A DNA stretch of 63,738 nucleotides, filler included, from Welwitschia mirabilis (taxonomy: Eukaryota), in the NCBI GenBank assembly GCA_051453625.1. It is 5 parts of one record of this genome, joined end to end, with 100 filler letters (N's around TTAATTAATTAA, not from the genome) between each part and the next. Parts side by side here need not be neighbours in the genome. Positions count along the whole stretch, not along the records: positions 35,932 to 44,873 come from JBOZIK010000001.1; positions 44,974 to 61,660 come from JBOZIK010000001.1; 3 more parts are not named here. One strand, written 5' to 3'. The notes under the pieces were generated by a model, which saw only the letters and a program-made list of their open reading frames with translations, was not told the DNA's origin and searched no databases. A program made the translations under genes and the position numbers. The first letter of the stretch is position 1, and each line of letters starts with the position of its first letter. Below are positions 38,410-49,571 of the stretch, piece after piece.

Positions 38410-41300
38410 TTGGTCTTTTGTTTTAATTTTGAGTATTGGCATAAAATGTGGATTGATGATTCTTTGAAAGCATGATAACCTCACCACTCTTAGTAAAATT
38501 TACAACCACCTTACAGTTGATTTGGACCTTCAATAATAAGATATGGAGAATTTCTAATGTATATGAGCCTTAGGATTCAGTTCAAAGAATGTAATGCCTT
38601 TATCAAATCATGTTAGATTCTATAGACATAATTATGAGAGATTTTGATTAGATTTTTATTTTACATAAGGAACTTGGTAATTTCTCTAATATCTTTACTA
38701 TTGATCTTTTATTAATTTCATCAATAGTTATGATTATAAAGATCTTCATATACATGATGCAATTTGTACTTGGAGTAATCTTAGAAAATGTCCTTATTTA
38801 TTTATGTCTAGAATTGATAAAGTCATGGTCAAGGATTTGACTGAGAATTTCTTTCTCAAAGCTAAAGAAAAGTTTTTTTTTTTAAGACCACATACCTATA
38901 TCTTTAACTATGTACTCTCCTAAGAAGAAATCTCTATTCTACTTCAAGAACACATGACTAAAAGATTTGATCTTCATTAACCTCCTTAAGCTTATTTGAA
39001 ATACTTTAGTAGAAGGTAGTTTTACTTATAGATTATTTTAAAAGCTTAAAATGTTAAGAGATGAACTTATTTATTAGGATAGATAGTTAAATGAATCCTT
39101 CAAGAATATTAAAAATCAATTATTGGAAGAGCTCACTATTATTCAGAAGCACAATTATCCTACTAATACCTTTATAGATTATGAAAAGTACCTTATTTGG
39201 GAAAAGAGATAAAGAATTAAGTGGCTTAAAGAAGAAAACTATAATATGAGATTTTTCTTTTTAGATGGCTAATAGACATAGACAAAAAAAATCAAATATA
39301 GTAGAGTGTGTCTACAACCACTATAAGAGTAACTAGCAAATTGTAGACTTATTTAACAAGTACTTCTAGAATCGTTTTGAAGAAAAGTCAGTAGACATAT
39401 AGCACATTCGAGTTGGACCCTTTTAGAAGATCAACTATGTTATTTAAATCAAAGAGTCATAGAGGATGAAATCAGAGAAATAATTAATTAAATGTAAGAA
39501 AAACCATGCTCTAGGCCTTGATGGATTTTCAGTAGAGTTCTATCAGAATTTATGGGATATCATCAAGACAAATATTTATGCAGTAGTTCAGGAAAACTTT
39601 AAAAAATGTACTTTTTAAAAATCACTTCATGATTTCATTGTTACTCATATTCCTAAATCAAAAGATGAAGATAGCTTGTAGTAATATAGATCAATCATCT
39701 TATGTAATGTTTTTTATAGGATTTACTTAAAGATAATTGTTGACCAACTAAAAATCCTTCTTCTAAACATGGTTTTGCCTTCTCAATTTGGCTTTATCTC
39801 TAAAAGAGTCATTGATGATAACATTATTTTAGCTAATGAAATCATATAATTGTACCATAAAAAGAACAAAACCTACATTATTTCCCAAACTAGACATAAC
39901 CTAAGCTTTTGACATAGTGTAGTGGAAAACAATAGACTTCTACTGTAGGAGCATGGTCTCCTTGTGTTGCTCAAGAATTTTATTCACTTTTGTATTGTTA
40001 CGCTAATCTTTTCTACAATGATAAAGAGCAAGTGATATGTCTACTTCTAAGATAGCAACAGTCTTCATCAAAGTAACTCTTTATCACCTTGAATTTTTGT
40101 TTTAATCATGGATTCTTTAGCTAGATTATTCTTTCAATAGAAAATCTTGATAAGTGAATGGATTCCTCCTTTTTCATCCTCTATTTTGCAAATGATATGT
40201 TGTTGTGCTTATATTTTATCCTCTTAATGTATCATCAAGCTTGTAATATTTTAAATGATTTCAAAAACATTTCAGGCCTTGCTATCAATTGGCACAAATC
40301 AAAACTATTCTTGAGGAATATTCCTAGCAGAGAAAATTAGACATTTTGAAGGTTTTTTAATGCTTCTGACATGCTGAAAGTTTTTCAGTATTTCTAAGTA
40401 AACTTCCTCGATGCTTATCTTGGTCTTCCTCTTGATTTGGATCAGATTGCAGAAAGAATTTGGCCTTCCTTAGTAAGGTCAATTATAGCCCCCTTGATTA
40501 GATGGAAAAATAAATTTCTTTCAAGTGTAGGTAAAATCATTTTTTTAAAAAAATTTTACCTAGTTAGCATGACAATATAACCTACTAGTTATTTTTCTAT
40601 ATCTAAAAAATTTACAAGTATGATTAAAAACTTAATTGTGTGAAAATCCCATAAGATGCTCCATATTATTAATTTTGATCAGATTGTAATGCTAAAAAAA
40701 GTGGTGGGTCTTGATGTGAGAAAAAATTTAGATGTTAGCAAATGCATTCTGACAAAGCACTATTATAGATTTTATTCAAAAAATAACATTTCGTATATAA
40801 ATTTTTCAAGGAAGATTATAAGTATAAGGAAAGACACTTCATCTTTTAGAAGAAAATGATTAAATCAAAACCTTCACATTCAAAATGGTAAAATAAGCAT
40901 CTTTGAAATGTATCAAAAATTTTTTTTGAGTATGATAACCGATGGAAGAGATTATGGTATCTTACTATGTCCAAAAAAATTAAGATGTTTTGGTGGTATA
41001 TTGTAAAAGAATGAATTTTTATAATAGAGAATCTCATTCAAAGGTCTTCGAAATAGATCAGGATTATCCCATGTGCAATGAAGATAGTAAGATTCAACAT
41101 CATTTATTCATCTAATGTACTTTTGCAAAAGATCTTTGGCGCATCCTAAACATATCTCCTAAAAATTTTAGGTTGGACAACCTTAGCTCTTTTAGAACCA
41201 AAAATACCATTATCATTAGAGCTTGGTTATTATGGAAAAATAGTGGCAACATTATTTTTCAGCATGGAAAAATCTCTCTCAAAGTTGAGATTTAAAATAA
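38410..41300 (+). pseudogene. LINE ORF2 (endonuclease, RT, zf-RVT), decayed
   Basis: TWSN..SRIDK, DH.PI, GLDGFSVEFYQNLWDIIK, YRSIILCNVF, QFGFI, DNIILANE, LDIT*AFD, LHQSNSLSP, FAND (FADD), SGLAINWHKS, YLGLP, PKKIKMFWW, PMC..HHLFI*CTFA and WLLWKN. Confidence 0.9.
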
Positions 41301-42555
41301 TTCAACAGATTGGAGAACTAGATGGGATACATAGCAATAAAAGGGCATTTCATACAAGCCTTGCAAATAGACCTAATTTTAAGTTACAGATAGAAGCATA
41401 GTAGGGATCATTTTAACTATTCCACACAAGAGTATTAGAACTAAGCTNNNNNNNNNNACATAAAAACTTACATAGATAGCATACTCAATGTACCAGAAGA
41501 CATGGAAGACTCTTAGAACTAAACTAACTAAGCACAACATGCTGTTCAATCATGATCAGATTTGGGATGCCTTCTAAGATGCATGATGAGACTCTTATGT
41601 GTTAAGCCTCAAGGACCATGATCCATATCTTTCAAAGAAGTTACTTAGAAATTAAAATGACATATCTTCAAGAATAGGTGATAATGTCATTTTTCCTGAC
41701 ATTCCTTCAATTACTGATGCTATCTACATAGGCTCATAGGGTATCAAGCTAAGAAGCGATGATCTTAAAGCCTCCATAGTTTCTTATTTTAAAAATCTAA
41801 TAAGAAAATCTCTAAGGAATAGAGAAGATAGAAGGAAATATTTTTCACAACCATTTGATTGTTGGGAAGCTCTAATCATGAAGTATTTCACCTTAGACGA
41901 GCATTTTAACAAAATCAATGAGTTGCATTTCCACTTTCTAGCTATTATGATGATAGAGTTCTAAATAGATCTTTCTTTCTTGCTTTTATATTCACTTTAC
42001 TACTCCCTATAAAGCTGTAAGATAAGAAATGAAGGCTTAATTTGGCTTTCTTATTAAAGAAATATTTAGATAGACGGAGGAGTTTTACATTGGTAAGATA
42101 CTCCAAGAGGACCTATTTAAAAACCTTTACTATGGAGTTCAAAATATAGTAAGAGTGATGAGGAGTGTAATCTCTCTATTCCATTTAGGTACACCAATTG
42201 GCTAGAAAAGAACTAGAACAAGAATATTAGTTCGAAGTATAGGAAATAGATCAACCACAATAATAGAAAGAAAAATGAACCTATTAATTTCAGTTCACTT
42301 GCTCAAATTCCTCTTTTTAAATTTGCTCCAAATGAATATCATTTTGTTATAAACCTATTAGGATGTACTAGTTTAAAGTCAATATTAAAATGGGTTTGGG
42401 AACAGGGGCTAACTAAATTAGATGGAGATGTTTGATAATTTGATTACCAATGTGATTTTTATAGAACCTAAAAAAATAGATTGTAAGATAGGTTGTAATA
42501 TTCTCTTGATCTTTAATTTTTAATATGTATATTTACCATTTATTTAAAAAAATGC

Positions 42556-43120
42556 AATGTAGTCAAATATGAGTATGTATCAACACTTAATCAATCCCTT
42601 ATTTACTAAATATGTAGTAGCGATCTTTCTTAATATTGGTGCTTTTCCAAGAATTGAATGTAATTATTATGATTTAATGATTTTGTTATTAATAATTAAA
42701 TTATATATATATTTATGGCTTTGATTAAGTTGGATGTGACAAACCCTTATTTATCATACAAAATATGGAAGAAAGAGGAAAAGAATCAAAAAGAAAAAAA
42801 AAGGAAAAAAGAAATTCATTCAAATAAATTTTAACATATGTACCTAACAGCATAACGAATTTCATAAATTAACTATGCATTACATCATTAGATTAAGCAT
42901 CAAATGACCATATTTCTTTTATAGTTACAACAAAAGTATTACATTTAGTATTTAATACAATGATGATGTAAAATGAATTTTTACAAGTTAAAATATTTTT
43001 TAATTTTTTAACAAGATTATTAATTATTAATAATCCTATGATGAGGACTAATGATTTGGCCAAATGTGCAGGCTTATTATAATGTAAAAATTAAATGATG
43101 AATACTTATTAACTATTAAA
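42556..43120. repeat. Copy 2, right part, of the repeat inverted to 10014-~10425
   Basis: Reverse-complement alignment by eye. Contains ~150 bp (~42870-43025) absent from copy 1. Confidence 0.85.
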
Positions 43121-43147
43121 AAAGATACAAGAAGATTAATTCAAACT

Positions 43148-43986
43148 TGTTAATGCATTGTGATAAAGACAAAAGGAGTATTGACAGATAATTGATGATT
43201 GATAGATATTGTTAGCTTAGTAATAAGATAACTATGCTATAGCTTGATGATAAGGAAAAATATAAGGTTAACAATCAATGGACCTATTATGATATAAAAT
43301 CCAAATGATAGAACTTATTAACAATTGATGGCTTCACAAAGAATCTAATTTGAAATGATAAAGCATTATAAAAAGGAAGTAAAACTTATCAATCAGCTAT
43401 AGATTAATCGAAATACTTATGAGAGGAAGAACTATTAATTGTTTACAAGCCTTAGAATATAAATTACTTGTAATTTTATCATGAAGAGATAAGGGAAAAT
43501 CCATAATCAATAATGGAAATCATGTCCATATAAATAATGGAGAGGATTTTTAACCATTTATGATAGGCAGACAATAAGGAATAAAGATTCAACATGTCTT
43601 ATCGATATGCAACCTAATATAAGATAGGTAAATATAAGGAAAAGATAAGGAGTCAAAGTCCAAAATCAGCATTAAATTAATATGTACCCTAAATCCTTTC
43701 ATTCCATATTTGACTTGTTGTGGAGGCCATTGTAATGTTCTTTGAAATTCCCTAAGAACTCAAGTATAAGTGGTTTATTTTTTAACTTCTTTTTTTACAA
43801 TGACATTTATTTGTAATTTAAGTTACTTGATTTATTACTTAGGAAAAGAAATTAGACTATTTATCTAGTTAGGCCTAGTTGTTATTATCTTGAATCCACA
43901 TTCGAAGGATTTCTAAAATATGAGAAGATAAGTTGTAATAGTGTAGTTAGTTCTCACCGCTTATTACATTTTGCCAAAAACCAACA
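43148..43986 (+). repeat. Possible decayed solo LTR
   Basis: TGTTAATGC...CCAACA termini, purine-rich first half, TATA-like site at ~43633, T-rich second half. No TSD, PBS or partner found. Confidence 0.3.
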
Positions 43987-44972
43987 ATAAAATTTAAAAG
44001 AAAATGATTAACTCAACCTATTTCAAATCACTGTGAGATTTATTCGATAATTCCTTTTATTATATTTAACTTCTTTTTTTAATAAAGTTATCTTAAATTG
44101 TTTAATGAAAAATAAAGGTTTACTTAAAGAGCTAATTAAGATATGGTTAAATTCTAAACTCGCTTAGTTTAGGTTGTGTTTTCAAGATTAGTTCTTGAAA
44201 TTGATCAACTTAAATAGTTTTAGTGAAAAGCTTGCTTATTAAATACTTTATTGAAAGTTTACTAGCTTATTGTTGAGATCACTGAAAGTGACTTTCTTGT
44301 GAAGCTAGTTCTTCCATAAGCCCTATTAGGATTGGTTCGTAAAATAATACAACACTTTCCTTGTTTATGTACATAGAATATTATGTAAGGATGTTATAAA
44401 AACCTTAATAAAGGAAAACTAGATAGTACCTATTTCTGAGCACTGTTATATCCTAAGTATCTACCCAGCTATAGATATAGGATCCAGAAAGTAAAAATAT
44501 TGCTTTTCTAATCAGTATCAATGCTTATAATACTTTTTAGTATGTAATATCATTTTAAATAAATAGCTTTTTAGCTTACACCTTATTTGGATAAAAAAGG
44601 TAAAATTAATATAGAATGTGTAATAGGGCTATTTTACATTTCCTTTTTCCTGCTTATTATTTCATTTCCTTAGACACATTATTACAAATCACACCCTTCA
44701 CTTTCCACGTTATCATGACACACTTAAGCCATTCATTTTTTTAATTCAAAGACACCTTTCGATTTTCAATTCAAAAGCAACCACATCCCATAACATTGAA
44801 AAGAACTTACAATAACAAATTGTAGTAAGTTAACTCATGAGCATGAAGTCTGTTTTCCATCAGCAACCTAATANNNNNNNNNNNNNNNNNNNNNNNNNNN
44901 NNNNNNNNNNNNNNNNNTTAATTAATTAANNNNNNNNNNNNNNNNNNNNNNNNNNNNNNNNNNNNNNNNNNN

Positions 44973-46351
44973 NAATAAGTGTGATGAGCAAAGCATTATT
45001 ATCAAAAACAAAGCAAGATTAGTGACACAAGACTACAACCAAATCGAAGGTATTGATGTAGGCGACGCTTTTGCTCCTGTAGCAAGGCTTGATAGCCTTA
45101 GAATATTTTTATCTTATGCAGCCTTGAAGAATATCAAAGTTTATCAAATAAATGTAAAAAATGCCTTTTTAAATGAAACCCTAAATGAAGAAGTGTATGT
45201 AGAACAACAACAAGAATTTATAGATCCTCACAAACCTAATTATGTGTATAGACTTAAAAAGGCTTTATATGGTTTGAAGCAAGCTCCAAGAGCATGGTAT
45301 AAAAAATTAGCCACATTTCTAAATGAAAATGGTTATATCCATGGAATGGTAGATAAAACTTTGTTTGTCAAGAACTTGAAAAAAGGATTTTATTATTATC
45401 CAAATTTATGTTGATGACATAATTTTTGATGCCTCTAACGAAGTTTTATCAAAAGAATTTGCCAATATCATGACAACACACTTTGAGATGAGTATGCTTG
45501 GTAAAGTTAGAATGTTTTTTCGCTTACAACTCAAACAATAAAAAAAAGGTATTTTTATATCTCAGTCTAAATATGCAAAGGATGTGATCAAACGATTTGG
45601 ATTGGAAAATGCTAAAACAACTGACATGCCTATGTCCACTTCTTGTGAAGTTAGTCTAGGTGAACATGGAAAATAGGTAGACCAAAAACTTTATCTAAGT
45701 ATGACAGGAATTTTGTTGTATCTAACCGCAAGCAGACCCAATATTATATTTAATGTTGTCATGTGTGCGAGATACCAAGCCCAACCAAAAGAATCACACC
45801 TCCAAGCTGTCAAAAAAATAATAAGATATATAAAAGGCATATGTGACTTTGGATTATGGTATCCAATAGAAACATCTTTTGATCTTGCAGGCTTTAGTGA
45901 TGCAAATTGGGTTGGTGTAAAGATGATAGAAAGAGCACAAGTGGTAATTGTTTTCTATTAGAATCGTGTTTAGTGGGATGGGCTAATAAAAAGCAAAACT
46001 CAATCTCCCTTTCAACAGCAAATGCTGAGTGTATAGTAGGAGGGAGGAGTTGTGTCCATCTCCTTTGGATGAAGGAAATGTTACAAGATTTTGGTGTAGT
46101 TTTTGAACAGGTCCCTATTTTCTATGATAACCCTAGTGCAATTAATATTTCTAAAAACCCTGTTTAGCATTCCAGAGCTAAACATATTGAATTGAGACAC
46201 TATTTTCTTAGAGACCAAGTGGAAAAATGCAATATTTCTATGAAATTTGATAGTACAGATTGTCAACTTGCTGATATTTTCACTAAACCCTTGAATTTTG
46301 ACAACTTTCTTCGTCTTCATAACGAACTAGAGGTTATCTCTCCGTCCTCTA
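44973..46351 (+). pseudogene. pol: Copia RT + RNase H with stops and frameshifts
   Basis: KARLV, FAPVARL, QINVKNAFLN, LKKALYGLKQAPRAW, YVDD, SDANW, DDRKSTSG, SLSTANAEC, KNPV*HSRAKHI and QLADIFTKP. Confidence 0.95.
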
Positions 46352-46696
46352 ACTGATTGCAGGGTTGTTGACCAGATCTAGAATTCGGTCAACCGGATGT
46401 GGTTGGTCGATCGGATGTGGTCGGTCGAGCGGTCTGAAAACCCGGTCACCCGAACCTAGAGTATTGTGACCCACATCTCGACAGGTCGACCGAATCCTAA
46501 ACCGGTCGACTGAACCTGTAGGATTACAGTGCGATAGAAAAGGCAGTGGACCCGATTTCTTTATCAAATCTCACTTTATCGCCCTTTCTTATAAAATCTA
46601 GTGGAGCCCAAACCCTATCTATTGTCTTCTAGCCACCTGTCTCCTTCAGATCTAGGTCTTTCTTTCAGGTTTACTTGTCTGCAAGCTCCTGCCACA

Positions 46697-47755
46697 TGAT
46701 TTCAATGGCTGAGGTTCCCTTCAGAAGGTGACAAAAGAAGCCAGCCAGCAAAGGTCCAAGGTATTTCTACCATGGAATGTTTGAGGAAGCAATGGACAAG
46801 TTTGTTGACAAGTTTGAGAAAAAGCCTATGTGTCAAGAGCGGCTTGTTGCTTCAGCAAAGCTCAGAGAACTCTGTGTTGTGGTGCAACTCTTGCAAGATC
46901 TAGATCTTTCTTACTTTCTTGATGTCTTAAGACCTACCTACCCCTTCCTCACCAGGATATTCTAAAGCAATGCTTCTTTTGATCCCAACACTGATACCCT
47001 AGAAACCCTGGTTTTGGGGAAGCAGAGGAGAGTTACCGCAAACGTTATTGCCGCTGTTGCAAATCTCCCAAGACAAGATTATGATGAGTTTTGGCCTCCT
47101 CGTGACTCCATGGAGGACAAGGCAGAGGTAACCAGAGAACTATGTGGCAAGTTTCATAGGTGGAAAACCACCCTTTCTACTTCTCTCCTTACCCCAAAGT
47201 ACCATTTCTTGCATTTAGTTTTTACTTACAATTTCTTGCCTTTGCTGGGTCATCGTGATGAGACCTCCAACTACAGGGCCTATTTGACGCATTTGATAGG
47301 AATTAGGCACTCTATTGATGCTCCTGCCATAATGTTGAAAAATATGGTCTACCAGTTAGAGTAATCATAGGACTAGGGTTCTTCCCTATTCAGTGTTGAT
47401 TGCCAGCATCTGTCGTCAGTATAGAGCCCAGTTGCACTCGAAGCTCGAAACCCTTAACCCTTTGTCAGCCATTGGGTGTGCAATGTCGTCTCGCATGCAT
47501 ATCTTTGCAAGTTCGAAGAAATCCTCTAAATCTCTTTCTCCCAAGCAAGCATCACCAAAAGAGACTCTTCCATACCTGAAGAGAAGAGACTCTCGTACCA
47601 GGCACATGAAAGGGGCTATGATTGTGGCTGGATATGAGATTGCTAATACTTCTAAGGAAACCGGAAGCTCCGGGCAAAAGTCAGCCAAAAAAGAGGAGGA
47701 GGAAAAAGAAGAAGATTCTGAAGAAAAATTGGAGGAAGCTAAAGAATCTGACTGA
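46697..47755 (+). pseudogene. Sirevirus env-like accessory ORF, disrupted
   Basis: ORF pieces 46777-46965, 47014-47364 and 47393-47755 are collinear (PTYPFLTRIF...LTPKYHFLHL...FLP..GHRDE...LPY..LI) and lie between pol and the PPT. Confidence 0.8.
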
Positions 47756-48307
47756 TCTTCCCTTTTTTGTTGTGTTTTTCTTGTTGTTTGTGCTTGCTTT
47801 TCCTCTCTCCTTTCTCATTGATGTCAAAAGGGAGAGAAATAGTTAAGTTGTTTGTTTAGCTTTTATCATATGGTATCCGTCTCTTTCAGTGTTTTCAGTA
47901 GTACTTCTCATGTTTTATCAGACTTAATTGCTCTTTGATGAGCACTTTGCTATTGTACTGCTCAATATTAAGTAACAGAAATGCATTTAGATATCACTTC
48001 TGTCTTACATTTTGATGCATAATTAATTAATCATGAATAATAAATTTTGCTATACCTTAATGGCTCTTAAATATCTCTTGATCAAAATGTTTTTATCACA
48101 TATATCTTGGATTTTACATGCCTCACAAACTATACCACAGATTGTTTTAATTATGGAACAAATTGGAATCTCTCTAAAAATGTTTCATTTGATATAATTG
48201 TTCAATATCACTTTGCAAATTTAATGGGCATTATTTGAGGGGAAGCTTTTCCAAAATTAATATTTTCAACTAAGTATAAGTTTGCCATCACTGTCAAAGG
48301 GGAAGAT

Positions 48308-49571
48308 TGTTGAGTTAGTATTTTCCGATTTGATATCAAACTAACATTTTTTGTTTAGAAAAAGATATTGTATCTTGTGCAGAAAATATTCATCTTTGCA
48401 GATAAGAAGCTGAAACATTTTCTCACTTTTTGTATCTGGACCTGTCAGTTCTTATACCCTCTAACGGGTTGACCGGATCCCTAAGGGGTCGACTGTACCT
48501 AAACCTTACACCGAAATGAATTTGACTCAGAGCGGTCAACCGGACTTGAGCATCAAACTTTCACAGCCGATCATCAAGGTCGACTGGATTACTGAAGGGT
48601 CGACGGACCTAGAGTGCAATGATTTCACCCTTTGGCAACAAGGGGTCGACCGGACACATATGGGGTTGGTCGGACCTAGACCTCAAAATAGTGTCGCAGT
48701 TTTTCCTAGACATGGTGTTGACTGGATTACTATGTGAGTGACTAGACCTGCGGTCGACCGAACCGTGAGGGGTCGACCGGACATGGAGCCATAAGAAACA
48801 GGGGTTGACCAGAAAAACATGACGGCGACCTACTTCAATGACGGCACCAGATGGGGTCGATTGGATGTTTTGAGGGGTCGACTGGTCGTGATGGAAACAG
48901 GATTTTTCTAGCACTTATGAGCCCATTTTTCGTTAGTTGGAGAGCCTTTTCACTTGTAAAAACCCTAAAAGGCTTTTCCTATATAGTTGTCAAAAGTCAA
49001 AATCACTGCACCACTTTTCAATCATTGTGAAATCATTGTTGAACTCATTGGCATATTCTCTACCTAACCAAAGATGCACCAAGAGGAGTTATCATTTTGA
49101 ACTTGGTCAAGTCAATTGCACTGTAGCTTGTAGATTGTACTATCTTCTCAAGCGGTGTAGCAATACTATTCTTGAGCTAGAGATCTGGTGAAACCTGTGC
49201 ATTATGGAACACCATTGTCACCACTTCGCATTCTTGCTAAAGATTGAGACTAAACCTCAAAAAAGTCCGATTGTGAAGGTTACAGGTGAACTTGGAATAC
49301 CTAGAACGAGATTAACGCAGAGGTAGATTAGGCTTGGGTAGAAGCTGATCGCCGAGAGTGGAGTAGGGGGTTTCCCAAACCATTATAATTCTTGTGTGCA
49401 TCCTCATCAGTATTTTTATACTTTCTGTTCTTTATTTTTCAGAATAGTTTTAGTGTTGATTTACACAAATATTTTAGTGTTTGTTTTGTGTGGACGTATT
49501 TTTCGTGAATTTATTCGATTATTTTTTAAATCCTATTCACACCCCTCCCTTCTAGGGTTCTCGGTCCTTCA
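48308..49571 (+). repeat. 3' LTR with array of GGTCGACC palindromic motifs
   Basis: TG...CA termini with adjacent PPT. About a dozen GGTCGACC variants at 48465-48890 and a TATA-like CCTATATA at ~48978. Confidence 0.9.

Larger units (their letters stand above)
36662..42552 (+). mobile_element. Near full-length decayed L1-clade LINE
   Basis: ORF1 and ORF2 motifs in the correct order, short A-tail at 42546-42552, and TSD AATGTACTCAA (36651-36661) / AATGTAGTCAA (42556-42566). Confidence 0.9.
44973..49571 (+). mobile_element. Sirevirus (SIRE/Maximus) copia, 3' half: RT-RH, spacer, env-like ORF, multiple PPTs, 3' LTR
   Basis: Copia RT/RH motifs and an extra ORF. PPT-like tracts at ~47826, ~48236 and 48295-48307. 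LTR runs TGTTGAG (48308)...CCTATTCACACCCC...CTTCA. Confidence 0.92.

Noticed and set aside
44000..44873. Possible host promoter-like stretch
   Set aside because: No downstream coding sequence is visible before the gap, so nothing supportable.
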